35,398 bases of DNA from Chiloscyllium plagiosum (lineage: Eukaryota). Below, one piece after another: positions 12,213 to 24,443 of this stretch (position 1 is the first letter of the stretch; the number at the start of each line of letters is the position of its first letter). The notes beneath the pieces are model-generated. The model ran no database searches and was not told where the DNA came from. It saw only the letters and a program-made list of their open reading frames with translations. The position numbers were made by a program, and so were the translations under genes. The stretch lies in contig NC_057719.1 in the NCBI RefSeq assembly GCF_004010195.1, positions 12,301,084 through 12,336,481 of the forward strand, written 5' to 3'.

Positions 12213-12332
12213 CTGTGGGCCCTCACCATGATACAAGCAATTTACAACATTGTCCAGTAGATTAATATCTAGCTTCTGATTGAAGTCCAGAAGCTGACGT
12301 GCAGGGTGGTCGGTGGTCATAATTGTTGGCAT
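12213..12332 (-). CDS. XPO1: Exportin-1 (CRM1), first coding exon (human exon 2 equivalent); exon starts at 12338 with 6 nt of 5'UTR
   Basis: Translates MPTIMTTDHPARQLLDFNQKLDINLLDNVVNCLYHGEGPQ, matching the vertebrate XPO1 N-terminus. Polypyrimidine tract plus CAG acceptor at 12339-12341; donor CAG|GTAAG at 12212. Confidence 0.97.
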
Positions 12333-13489
12333 GGGGTCCTGCAGAAGAGTAAAACAAAAAAAAAGGTCAGACAAGCAGATAAGGAACAGTGTACAATGCA
12401 TGTTGTCAAAACTGGTCGTCTTTGCATGATACAAATCAAATGGGCTGAATGCATTAATATTAAATTCCCCACAATTTCACAAATCATCACAAATGCATAA
12501 ACACCAAATTCACCAATTTGACTGACTGCTATTTGGGACAGAAGCAAGTTTTGTCATCAACAGGAAAATAACTATTTGTAAACAAACATTCTTTAACAAA
12601 TGGCAAAGAAATTACTAATTTACAACTACGCAAGTTCACCATATTCCTTTAACCCTCTTCCCACCAAAGACATTCAGAAATAAAATGTAATAAAATATTG
12701 GCTGAAAAACACAGACAAGGTAGAACAACTCCTATAGAACACAAGTCCAAAGCATAGGGATGGAGAGTGTTATTTACCACAGGTCTTTTGATTTTAGCAA
12801 TAGTGACACAATGTTATCCACAGATTGATACTGAATCGAAAATTGACTAGTTGTTCAGGAACCTACCTCTTTTTTTTCCCCAAATGTTAGAAAGTTTGTC
12901 TTTTCTCTAGGGAAGTTCCTGTTGGATGTCTATGGCTGCACTGCACTTGCCAAATGCAGCTGGACTAACCTGAAGGCTATCACAAGACACAGACTCCTAG
13001 TGCCATTATGTCTCACTTCTTGAAAAGTTACAGTTTTGCACAGACGAGTTTATACCACACAATCCAACTTGATCTGCATTTTGCAGAATAGAGAAAGTTC
13101 ACTGGGTACTCTCAAGTCATACACTGTCCAACTTGCACTTTACAATTTACACTCCACAACAACGAGCACCCGAGCTACAAATCTTCGCACAAACTTTGAA
13201 TTCCATCCCCCCCAAAAGAAAAAATGTCCCTTTCATACACAACAGGTGCTGTACTTAAAAATATATTACTATTGGGGTCACACATGGTCAAAGGTGTTAC
13301 TATAAATAAGTTTTCTTCTTTCCCTGATCTACAGTATAGTTTTATAAAGTGGGAGGGTTAGGGCAGTCTACGTGAATGTTAACTCCAGTTCCAAGTCAGT
13401 TGAAGCATAAAACAAAATACTTATGCTTTTGATGGGTTGATTTATTCACAGAACATAGCATCACAAAAATCTCTTTCCTACAGATGAAC

Positions 13490-14410
13490 CCTATTGTCTT
13501 CAGGAAGTGTTTTCACTGCCCTCCTGGTCACTGCTCACCATGAAAAAGCTGATTGTAGATCGCTGTTTGGAAGTTGTGTGTCAAGCATGCAGATAACATG
13601 TCCTGTCCAATGCAGCAGATTAATTGTATCCCGTGCCTGAACACTGATCATGTTGGCCGGAGAGGAGGGATCTAAATATCAGAGCCAAGAGCGTGGTACT
13701 GGAAAAGCACAGCAGGTCAGGCAGCATCCGAGGAGCAGGAGAATCAACATCTTGGGTAAAAGCCCTTCATCAGGAATGATGAACATTAGAGTGTCTATAC
13801 TGCCTGTGGATCTGCAGCATGTGACTGAGGCACTGTTGATGACATTATTTCTTAATGGATGAGACAGCGTTGGATGTACCCCATCATTGACGTGCACAAT
13901 AGGGCTGCCCTGTCGGCCATCTTTGGTGTCACGTTTGGAGGTCTGAGTCATTGAAGACACTGTTCTGGGGACGGCCAAATGCTGTGTTGGCACTTTGGAG
14001 GAAATATTTATTATCTTTATTTGTCCTCACTGAGAGGAGGCACCCATGGTGTAGGAATTGATGTACCTAGTCCAGTGGTTAGCCATAGATCTTGATTGTT
14101 GGAGAAGGCAATGCTTTATAGCGACAGCAGGCTGGTTAAGACTGCTTTTAGCTTCTGAGTGATAAGTCTTATATACATTCAGTTGCCTCTTCAAATGTGT
14201 CAAATAATAGCCTATGACTGGGCATTCACACAAGTGAGCAACATCTGCATACTAGAGAAGCAGTCTTGGTTCTGCGCTGGAGATGATGCAGGTTTAACAG
14301 TTTCCATGCGAGCAGGACGCTTATGGAAACGGGGGAAGAGCACTGCATCAAGGAAGATGAAGAACAGCCTCGGAATGATGACACAGCCTTCCTTAACTCC
14401 AGGACCATCC
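13490..14410 (-). mobile_element. Degenerate RTE-clade LINE reverse transcriptase fragment
   Basis: Minus-strand peptides GVKEGCVIIPRLFFIFLDAVL (RTE GVKQGCVIAP-like RT motif), KLLNLHHLQRRTKT and LHWTGHVICMLDTQLP; multiple frameshifts and stops. Confidence 0.8.
13680..13778 (-). mobile_element. PLE-terminal insertion inside the RTE fragment
   Basis: Same sequence as 7884-7979 in reverse orientation, ending at 'cttcatcaggaatg'. Confidence 0.8.
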
Positions 14411-14769
14411 AACGTAGTGAAGCAGCATCAGCAAAGGAACCAACCATTTTCACTAACTCCAACAAGGCCAGATGGAAGCCAAGCCAGGAGAACCCTGAAC
14501 ACTCACCTGTCTCAAAGCACTACCTACCCCACCTATGACAGTGGGTTTAATTCCAGTATTTTAACTATTTAGCCACCTCAGGACCCACAACTCTGGGGTA
14601 AAGTAAGTAAAAGACTGCTAAGGAGGGAGAATTCCAGTGTCCATGCAGTGTCTTTGCATATTGTTTTTAAACTACGCAGATTTGTTTCCAATAAACATTC
14701 ATTAGTTTTTTGATTTCAAGTTATTTTTGTTTTTTCTTAAAATTTCACAAGATGTTAGAAATAGGCCAG

Positions 14770-15060
14770 TCCTTCCTCTCCACCCTACCCCCGTGACCTG
14801 ACCATACCTCTTCCCACCTATCCACTCCACCCTTCCCACTGACCAATCACCTCCAACCAGCATTCACCTATCACCATCCCACCTATCTCTGCCCCAGCTC
14901 CAACCCCCATTTATTTCTGAGCCCCCTTCCCTTGGCCAGATGAAGGGTCCTGCCTGAACCATCGACTCTCCTGCATCTCTGTTGCTGCTTGACCTGCTGT
15001 GCTTTTTCCAGCTGTGCTTTTATCGATTCAGACTTTCCAACAGCTGCAGTCCTCACTACC
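14770..15060 (+). mobile_element. 5'-truncated Penelope-like 3' end (pyrimidine-rich UTR plus terminal)
   Basis: Homologous to the reverse complement of 16079-16400; ends with 'ctgcagtcctcact'. Confidence 0.7.
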
Positions 15061-15689
15061 TGCGAGAAAATCGGTTGTGCACGTACCCAGAATAGGACAT
15101 GGTTGAGTACATCCTGGTTACAGAGCTATGACCAAGAAGCATCTTTGATTTCTTTTCAAAAAGCAATGTTTATCTCTCTCTTTGAATGCATCATGACATC
15201 ACATCTAAGGTGGAACCTGAACCTGGGCTTCTGACCCAGAGGTTAGGACACTACAACAGTGCCACAAGTCCACTTGGATTAGCTGGCCGCACCTGCTTTA
15301 TCCAGAAGGTCTCCTATGGCTGAATGTGGTTAGCTTCAGAGACCAGACAGTTTCACACTAGGCTGCACTTCAAGTCCTGAATCAAAAAATGCCCTTCACC
15401 CTAGTATCCTAACTAATGAACCATCAGCCACAAATGTTGTGGGGGCTGAACGTCCTCACAAGATCTGCATGGAATAGATCAAACTTTCCGTCTACAACAA
15501 TCAACAACCAGAATGCACTGTCTGACATACCAATCAGCTTGCAGCATAGATGGATCCCAGGATTATGAGTGATTTAATTCATCTCAGGCCAGAGAAAGAC
15601 AACAAGGTGGGACAAAGCTGAGAAAAAAAAAGTTAACACATTGCCTTTGCATTTCTTAAACTAGAAGGATAAAAAAAAAAGCGATTTCT

Positions 15690-17110
15690 CTCACCTCAGC
15701 TAGAGAGCAATGATCCATGGATATTTTTCTACTGGAGGAAGGCTCCCAGGGACTGGTATTGAGACCCCTGCTCTTTCTGTTAAATATATTAATGATGATG
15801 TGCAAGGTACAATTTCAAAAGTTTGCAGATGATAAAACTTCAGAAGATTGTAAACTGTGAACAGAAGTGTAAAACTCCAAAAAGGTAACTGACAACTTGA
15901 AGTGGGTAGGTAGGTAACATATCCTGTTCAATGCAGAGAAGGGTGGGGTAATGCACTTCAGTATGAGGAACACTGACATATCATTTAATTTGGGAAACAC
16001 AATTCTACAATAAGGAGGCTCAGGAGCAGAGGGACCTGGAAGTGTAAGTGCACAGATTGTTGAAGATGGCAGGACAGAGTAGTGTCAAAAAGTGTGGCAC
16101 TGGAAAAGCACAGTAGTTCAGGCAGCACCTGAGCAGCAGGAGAGTCGATGTTTCGGGCATAAGTCCTTCATCAGGAATGGGGGTGAGGGTTGGGGTTTTG
16201 GAGAGATAAATAGGAGGGGGGGTTGGGGCTTGGGAGGGTGGGGGGTGAAGGTAGCTGGGAAGGCAATAGATAGATGCAGGTGGTGGGGGGTGATATGTCA
16301 GAGCAGAGGGTGGAGAGGATAGTTGGGAAAGAAGATGGACAGGTAGGACAGTCAAGAGGGCGATGTCAAGTTGGAGGGTTGGATCTGGGATGAGGTGGGG
16401 GGAAGGGGAGGGGAGATGAGGAAACTGGTGAAAATCGACATTGATGCCATGTGGTTGTAGGGTCTCAAGGTGGAAGATGTGGTGCTGTTCTTCCAGGTGT
16501 CGGGTGGCTAGGATTTGGTGGAGGCAGTGGCCCAGGACTTGCATGTCCTTGGTGCAGTGGGAGGGGGAGTTGAAGTGTTCGGCCACAGGGCGGTGGAGAT
16601 GTTCTCTGGGGCGTTCTGCAAGTTGGCATCCTGAGTCCCCAATGTCGAGGTGGAGAGAACAGTAAATAAAGCATACTTTTCTTGGCTTTATTTACAGGGG
16701 CACAGAGTACAAGAGCAACGAGTTGATGTTAAACTTCAAGAAAACTGTTACGCCTCAGCTTGATTATTAGGTATAGGTGTGGGTGCCAACGTTCTTGGAA
16801 AGTAGCAAACTTACTGGAGTGTGCAGAAGCAGTTTGCAACAACATTCCCAGGTATAAGAAACTTCAGTTATGAGGATTGATTAAAGATGTTGGTACTGCT
16901 CTCCATGGAAAGAGGGCAGAGATTGGAAAGAGACTTTCAAAATCATGAACAGGCTGGACAGAGTAGACAGGGTGAAGAAACTGTTTCTGCTTGTAAAAAG
17001 AATAAGAACGAGGGCATATATTTAAAGTCATGTGCAAGGGTGATCAGAGAAAACAAAACCCTTTCCATACAATGAGTGCACTAAGTGCTGTGGAAGCAAA
17101 TTCAATTGAG
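15690..17110 (+). mobile_element. Degraded CR1 LINE RT fragment split by a PLE insertion
   Basis: 'atttcaaaagtttgcagatgata' (FADD motif); sequence resumes after 16648 with 'ggtggagagaacagtaaataaagcata'. Confidence 0.7.
16079..16648 (-). mobile_element. Penelope-like element 3' fragment with GIY-YIG endonuclease C-terminus
   Basis: ORF 16020..16586 AEHFNSPSH...LEEQHHIFHLETLQPHGINVDF matches the PLE endonuclease C-terminal motif; followed by a C/T-rich tract and the hammerhead-like terminal. Confidence 0.8.
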
Positions 17111-17755
17111 GCAGTCACGAAAGCGCCTAAAAAAAAGGCACAACTTACAAAGTCACCAAACATGCAACAAGGCAGCAACTTTAAATGGCTCTCAGACATT
17201 ATACCCCTTTATTACAATCGCCTTTCTTCACCTTCTGTGGTCAAGTTCATTTTAATTGTTGCATCTTCACTGTATTAAAAAATAGACCACAACAAATTCA
17301 AGGCATTCAAGACCGAAGTCAGAATGTTTGAGCATCTCAAACTGCTCCAAGATTACAGTCACTCCAGCTTACACGCAGGCGATTTCACTGAGCAACAGCT
17401 GACTCTTAGACACTCGGCAAGCAGAGTGAAAATCTAATTTGTGGGGACAACAACCCAATGCTTGTTGCTCTGATTAAGGAACAAAAATCAACATATAATT
17501 TAGGAGTTGCCAACATCTTTTTCCACTGTAGTGGGAAGACGGATCATGTACTTGTATTTTTAAGAAAAACAGGTGTTTTCAGACAGATAAATGAAGAACT
17601 GGTCAGAAACTCAAAATTCTGTGACTATTAACCCACCTCCTGGTTCCCCAGAGCTTTCTGCTACCTGCCAGGTACAATTCACCAGTCTGATTAAATACTC
17701 TACCTAGATGCATGCAGCTCCAACAACACAAGCAGCTCAACACCAACCCAGACAA

Positions 17756-17896
17756 GGCAGCAGAGGAGCAGGAAAATCAACATTTTGGTTTACCCAAAAT
17801 TTCGATTCTCCTACTCTCCGGATGCTGCCTGACCTGCTGTGCTTTTCCCGCTCCACACTCCAAACTCTAATCTCCAGCATCTGCAGTCCTCACTTT
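17756..17896 (+). mobile_element. Partial fold-back PLE-terminal insertion inside an older LINE tail (about 17650-18210)
   Basis: TSD caccaacccagacaa (17741-17755) and caccaccccagacaa (17897-17911), 14/15 identical. Confidence 0.75.
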
Positions 17897-18784
17897 CACC
17901 ACCCCAGACAAAAAGTGTCCATTTGATTGCCACTGTACAGTTGGTGGATGGCTCCTCAGACTTCCAAACCTGCCACCATTACCACCTAGAAGAACAAAGG
18001 CAACTAATACATGGGAGCCCCACTACTTGCAAGCTCCCATCCAAGCCATGGACCCTCCTGACTTGGAAATATACTGTTATTCCTTCACTGTCACTGGATT
18101 AAAATCTTGGAAACCCCTCCCCAAGAATAAAAAAACAATAATAGACTGCCTTGGTTCAAGTAGGTGGCTCACCACCATCTTCTACACAAGGCAATTAAGG
18201 CTGACTGATCTATCAACTGTTGAAAGAGGTTTTAAAAAAACACCTAAAATGTGAAGATTTCTCCAGATTTCCATCATTCTAAAGCCACAATAAATAGGAA
18301 CAGGAGCAGGCAGTTTGACCCCTCAAGTCTGCTTCACCATTCAATAGGCTGATCCAACATTCCTCAAGCCACTTTCCTGCCCTTTCCCTATAACCCTTGA
18401 TTCTTCCTTCTGTGCAAGAATCGCTCTCAGCCTTAAATACACAGAAGGACTCTGTCCCCTACAGCTCGGACTTAGACAGCTACTGGTAAAAAGTACATTC
18501 CTCATATCACAGGGTCAGAGATACTAAAGGAACTGTACAATTTAATGGGAAAGCCTGCCATTTGATCCTCTGTCCAGCTCAGACAGAAGAAAATGAAATG
18601 GTTCAGCCTCCTGTGCCACCGTAACCCTACCCCATATATTTCAAATAGGATTTAAAAAGGTTTGTAAGTTTTTCTTTTTAAAAACTGAATTCTCCATTGC
18701 TACATCCCTGCCAGATTGCATGCCCCAACAAACCTTTACATCAACAAGTTGAACTACTCCATTCCTTTCAAAGATTTTATATTT

Positions 18785-19270
18785 ACAGGAAGGATGTGGA
18801 AGCATTGGAAAAGGTGCAGGGGAGATTTATCATGATGTTGCCTGGTCTGGAGGAAAGGTCTTACGAGGAAAGGCTGAGAGACTTGGGTCTGTTCTATTTG
18901 GAAAGAAGGTGGCTAAGAGGGAATTTGATAGAGACATACAAAGATGATCACAGGATTAGATAGAGTAGACAGTGAAAGTCTTTTTCCTAGGATGATGATG
19001 TTAGTGTGCACGAGGGGACAGAACAACAAATTGAGGGGTGATGGATTTAAGATAGATGTCAGAGGCAGGTTCTTCACTCAGAGTGGCAAGGGTGTGGAAT
19101 GCCCTATCTGCTAATATAGTTAACTCAACCACATTAGGGGCATTTAAACAATCATTGGATAAGCACATGGATGATGATGGGATTGTGTAGGGGGATGGGC
19201 TTACATTCGTTCACAGGTTGGCGCAACATCGAGGGCCAAAGGGCCTGTTCCGCACTGTATTGTTCTATTT
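18785..19270 (+). mobile_element. CR1 LINE 3' fragment
   Basis: RKDVEALEKVQGRFIMMLPGLEERSYEERLRDLGLFYLERRWLRGNLIETYK; tail 'gggcctgttccgcactgtattgttct'. Confidence 0.9.
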
Positions 19271-21699
19271 ACTTAATCAGTTCACCTGAATCCCAAATCC
19301 AATTTCAAGCTCCATTCTGAAGAAACTTTATAACATTTTTGTGTATCCTCTTCAAACATTTATTGAGTAACTCTTAGCATAAGCCACACATTGCTGAACA
19401 ATCTCTTCTGCACCCATTAATATGTCCAAAATGGGACTCAACATATCTGATTGTGAACTAATTGAAGTTTGTACATGCTCTTGTGGCTCTTCATGCATCA
19501 ACTCCTTCATCATTGACCTATACTTTTTCCCAGTTTGGCAGTATTTCCACTTTGAAGTTAACAGCCTGATTTTAATATCCCTCCACATCTACACCCTCCT
19601 ACAGCAGTATTACAACCGTTCCAGTCCCTACCCTAACACCTCTACATTCTTCCAATTCTGGACTCTTCCATATTCCTGACTGTCACCACTCCACCACTGG
19701 CGGTCATGCCTACTGTTGCCTCAAAATCCCATCTAAACCAATCTCTCTCAATTTGCAGAGTGGACTCGATGGGCCCAATGGCCTTACTTCCATCCCATGT
19801 CTTATTTTAAAGATGCTTCTTAAATATTACCCCTCACAGTATCTCTTTTATGGTTTGGTATCAATGTCTGTTTGATAAGCTCCTGTGACTCACCTCGTGA
19901 TATTTTACTATGTCAAAGCCACTACTCAAATGCATGTTTTTATACTCTTGACCAGATTTTTAAAAAACTATTGTCACACACTATCTTTTAAACCAATCAG
20001 CTGGCTCCCTCTCTAAGATTTGCATATTTGATCCCCCCCAAGAATATACAGTCCTCTAAGTTTTACAATGTTGCATGTTTCATCATTCTATTCCAGAAGA
20101 CCTCATCTCAAATTTCCTCAGCAAACTGCACCTCCCATAGGAGAGGTAAATAGGACATCTAATGGGACATAGGTCAATACAAGATGAAGTAGAAGCAAGG
20201 AACTCTATGATACAGCAAACAGTATTCACAGCAACCTGGCCCCCAAACTGATAACATGAGTTTATCTAGCTTCCCTTAAATTTACACTATTCAGTCCTAC
20301 TTGTCCAATCTTTCCTGATGGAGTTAAATCCCAAGATTCTGATACCATTCTCCGTACAATAGTGGTGAGAAGTATTGGAGTCTGTCACAAACCATCTCAG
20401 AGTTCAGCTAAATAGGAACCATCCCGGAGTTTAGGATAGTAATGGGAATGCTGAGGAACATTTCAGGAACAACTCCAAACCAAAACCAGTAGTACAAGTG
20501 CAGGATTGCCAACAGCAACATGTTTTCCACAAAAGCATTGGGCTGAAGGGATAATGCAGTCCAAATATTGCCCATGCATGTGTCTCCCCCACATCTAAAG
20601 CCAAAAATTTTTAAAAACCTATGTAATGACAAGTCAGAAAATATAGAACATGCACCTAAAAAAAAAATGAAGTCAGCAATAAACTCAGGACAAATTTTCC
20701 TCCAAAAAGAAATACGTTTTCTTTATAGAACGTGGAATAAATCGCTCTATGGAAATGTTTTGTCGAGGTATACAAGTCCTCCAGGCAAATGGCATCTATC
20801 AAAATGCTTGTTTGTTTTTCTCTCAAAAGCTTATGAAATAAATCAATGATCTTTAATTAGCGTACAGAATATTAATGTCCTCTACACAGATTATACCGAG
20901 TTAGTTCGGTGTTTTCAGCATTTTCTCTCGTTTTCATCCATCATTCCACACATGTAAAAAGACAAACATTCAGTACGGTCACCTGAAAATTATGGGTCCT
21001 CCCTAGCCTGAGGCTGAGCAAGCATAGTCAAACATAATACTTAATAAAACCAAACTGGTTTTACACAAAGAATTTGCTGAAAAACAACTGGGGAAATAAA
21101 AAAAAACAAGGACTTAATTAGTTGCACAGCACGCTGTGAAATCTAACCCCAACCAATGTTTTGAATGTTTGCGACAAGATAGTAGTCTCAGGCCTCAACA
21201 TATATAATGAAAAGTTTAGAATATTTCCACAATACAATTTCACAACTGAAAGTTGCTCATACAACAGTCTGTCACAAGCTACTTAAATGCAGAATTCCTC
21301 TTAAAAAGATTTTCCTTCTCAAACTCTCAAGTTAGCCCATTATCTATTATTTACTTGTCTATGCTATTTAACTATGGGATCTGCCTGTATTGCTGACAAC
21401 ACAAAGCTTTTCACTCTTCCTCAGTACACATCACAATAAATTAATTTAATTCATGACACTCCCAAGGTTCTGTTCAATGAGACCCCCCCCCCTCCACCCA
21501 CTCCCCAACAAACCTGCTTACCTTGTTGCTGGGTTAATTTCTAATTTCTTTCCCTTCAAGAAGCAGATGAACGTGCCATGATTAGAGATCACTGACATAA
21601 ATTCTCTCTCCATAAATGCTGTCAGATTTCTTTTCTCCTACTTGTTCTTGGGATGTGAGCATGGCTAGTAAGGAAGAACAGAACTCTATTCTAGTACTG

Positions 21700-21870
21700 A
21701 AGCAGAGATGCACTATCAGGGTGCTCTCTTTCAGATGAGACAATTAACCAAGGCCCCATCCATTGAAATGGATGTCAAACATTTATTATTATTCCCAAGG
21801 AGGGCAGGACAGTTATGGTCAGTATCCCGAGCAATATTTGTCCCTCAAAATCAATATCACATCAAAACAA
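21700..21870 (+). mobile_element. DeuSINE (SacSINE1/AmnSINE1-like) Deu-domain remnant
   Basis: 'ggtgctctctttcagatgagacaattaaccaaggccccatc ... caatatttgtccctcaaaatcaatatcac' resembles the Deu-domain consensus as recalled; not aligned. Confidence 0.6.
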
Positions 21871-21911
21871 AAATGCAATGTGGTCCCCCTCAAATTAAAC
21901 CACCAATTAGT

Positions 21912-22211
21912 GGGCGGCACGGTGGCTAGCACTGCTGCCTCGCAGCGCCAGAGACCCGGGTTCAATTCCCGCCTCAGGCGACTGTGTGTGGAGTTTGCAC
22001 GTTCTCCCCGTGTCTGCATGGGTTTCCTCCGGGTGCTCCGGTTTCCTCTCTCAGTCCAAAGATGTGCAGGTCAGGTGAATTGGCCATGCTAAATTGCCCG
22101 TAGTGTTAGGTAAGGGGTAAATGTAGGGGCATTGGTGGGTTGCGCTTCGGCGGGGCGGTGTGGACTTGTTGGGCCGAAGGGCCTGTTTCCACACTGTAAG
22201 TAATCTAATCT
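21912..22211 (+). mobile_element. Young HE1-type SINE
   Basis: Near-identical to 4669-4995, retains CpGs, TCTAA tail. Confidence 0.9.
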
Positions 22212-23590
22212 CTTTATAATGAGAGACCAGCTCTATGGACCAGTAAGATTATGCCATCTTCACGTCAAATCCTAACTACACATTGGATACTTTTGTTTTT
22301 CTCATCCACGCTTTAATTCCCTTGCCCGTCATTTAATTAAAAAATTGTTCCCTCTTGTTATCAAATCTTCAATAAAGTTTCCTATTCTACATTCTTCATG
22401 AGTTCAAACTCAATCAATCAATCAACTTAGCTTTCTCTGCTCTATTAAAAAAGTGAACACTTGGAAGAATATCCCTTGGATAGACAGGGTACAGCGTATA
22501 CCATTTTCTTTGTGGGGAGAGTGGAGAAGCTGCATCCAATCTGCAGCTGATCTAAGTTGTTTGACAAAAGTGTCATACAAAATGTATCTTGGAATCAACG
22601 CTCATTATTCTGTAAGAAGGAAAAAAACTCAGAAGTAAAAAGAAATTACAAACTGCAATGGTTTTTATAGCGCAGCAGCACACAAATCTGTAAGATTCTG
22701 GTTTCAATTTGCAAAAAGTACACAGAGGACGGTCACCTCAAAGTGGGACACCTTTTGAGGTCAGCACAAATCAAGCTCATTATGTTTGAATCAAACAAAT
22801 GCTGAAGAGAAAAGCGGCAGAAATTACATACCGCAGTGGTCTCCTCTGGAAGTTCCACCTAAGACAGTCTGGTGATTATAGTGCAGAGTTAGCAAGGGGT
22901 CAAATCCCACCAACAGGTACTGCAATAAAAACAAAATACCTCTGATGCAGGAAACCCGAAATAAAAATGAAGTGCTGGAGAAACTCAGCAGGTCCAGTAG
23001 CATCAATGGAGAGAGAAATAGAGTTAGAGTTACTGTTGAGTCTGATAAGACTCTCTTCTTGAGGAAACATAATTTTGTGTTGTTTATCTGTGAATCGGCA
23101 TAAAGTTTTAAAAGAATCACCTAGTGAAAAATGTGAGGGATTACCATTAAAACTCTGCCTCCCTTAATTCCGCCTCTAGTCTGCATACATCTTCAGCCCA
23201 GCATTACAATGTTCTGGCGGCATGCAGTGAAGAGAGTCAGTACCATTGTGACAGGACAGTTAAAAGTGAAGTTAAATAAAGTCAAGATACAACTGGACCA
23301 ACCAGAAACCTTCCCAAGCTGAACCTTACTGGAACGAAAAAGAAATGCTTAATTGGTATACAGTCATTCACTGGTACACTTTATGATCAAGGAATCAGCA
23401 TCCCTTCTGGATAGGTCATAGCACAAAATTAGATATCCCCATTAATTTTTTTCTAGTTGTAATGCTAACAGTAATCTATTGTCAAGATCATAAATTCTCA
23501 TAATCTTCTCCAAACATTGGTTTTTAATGAAGGGGTTAACTTTCAATGAGAGCTTGATGTTACACAAAATCTAAAAATTCATTTACAACT

Positions 23591-23905
23591 AGATTAGATT
23601 AGATTACTTACAGTGTGGAAACAGGCCCTTCGGCCCAACAAGTCCACACCGCCCCGCCGAAGCGTAACCCACCCATACCCCTACATTTACCCCTTTACCT
23701 AACACTACGGGCAATTTAGCATGGCCAATTCACCTGACTTGCACATCTTTGGACTGTGGGAGGAAACCGGAGCCCCCGGAGGAAAGCCACGCAGACACGG
23801 GGAGAACGTGCAAACTCCACACAGTCAGTCGCCTGAGGCGGGAATTGAACCCGGGTCTCTGGCGCTGCGAGGCAGCAGTGCTAACCACTGTGCCACCGTG
23901 CCGCC
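23591..23905 (-). mobile_element. Young HE1-type SINE
   Basis: Reverse complement of the 21912 copy with a (TTAGA)n tail on +; possible short TSD caacta at 23586-23591 and 23905-23910. Confidence 0.9.
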
Positions 23906-24110
23906 AACTAAGTAACATGTAATTTAGCCATGGGCAATGGTTTCAGTTTCATCACTATTTACTGGAATAAAATGCTACAGCAAAAACGACCAGAGTCCCA
24001 ATTGCTTCCAGCATATCAATAAGGCAATCTGCTCCGAGAGTACACTTTCACATCTCTGCTGACCACTATATCCCAGATTACATTTTTCCATCTCATGCCT
24101 AAGCATTTTA

Positions 24111-24443
24111 GGGCAGCATAGTGGCTCAGTGGTTAGCACTATTGCCTCTCAGTGCCAGGCACCCAGGTTCGATTCCAGCCTCGGGCAATTGTGTGGCATT
24201 TGCACATGCTGAACGTCTGCATGGGCGTACTCCAGGTGCTCCGGTTTACTCCCACAGTCCAGAAATGTGGGGGTTAGGTGAACTGGTCAAGCTTAATTGC
24301 CCATAGTGTTCCGGGATATCCAAGTTAAGTACATTAGCCAGGCGTAAACGTAGAGCAATAGCGTAGGGGGAATAGGTCTGGGTGAGTTCAGTGTGGACTT
24401 GTTAGGCCAAAAACCCTGTTGCCACACAGTAGGGATTCTATGA
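24111..24443 (+). mobile_element. Older HE1-type SINE
   Basis: tRNA-like head 'gtggctcagtggttagcact', tail 'cacacagtagggattctatgatt'. Confidence 0.85.

Noticed and set aside
14159..14572. Plus-strand 137-aa and 71-aa ORFs as a novel gene
   Set aside because: Largely antisense to the RTE fragment, with no recognisable domain or splice structure.
19280..19590. ORF 19352..19588 or a possible exon
   Set aside because: No recognisable homology, weak splice signals, and it sits between repeats.
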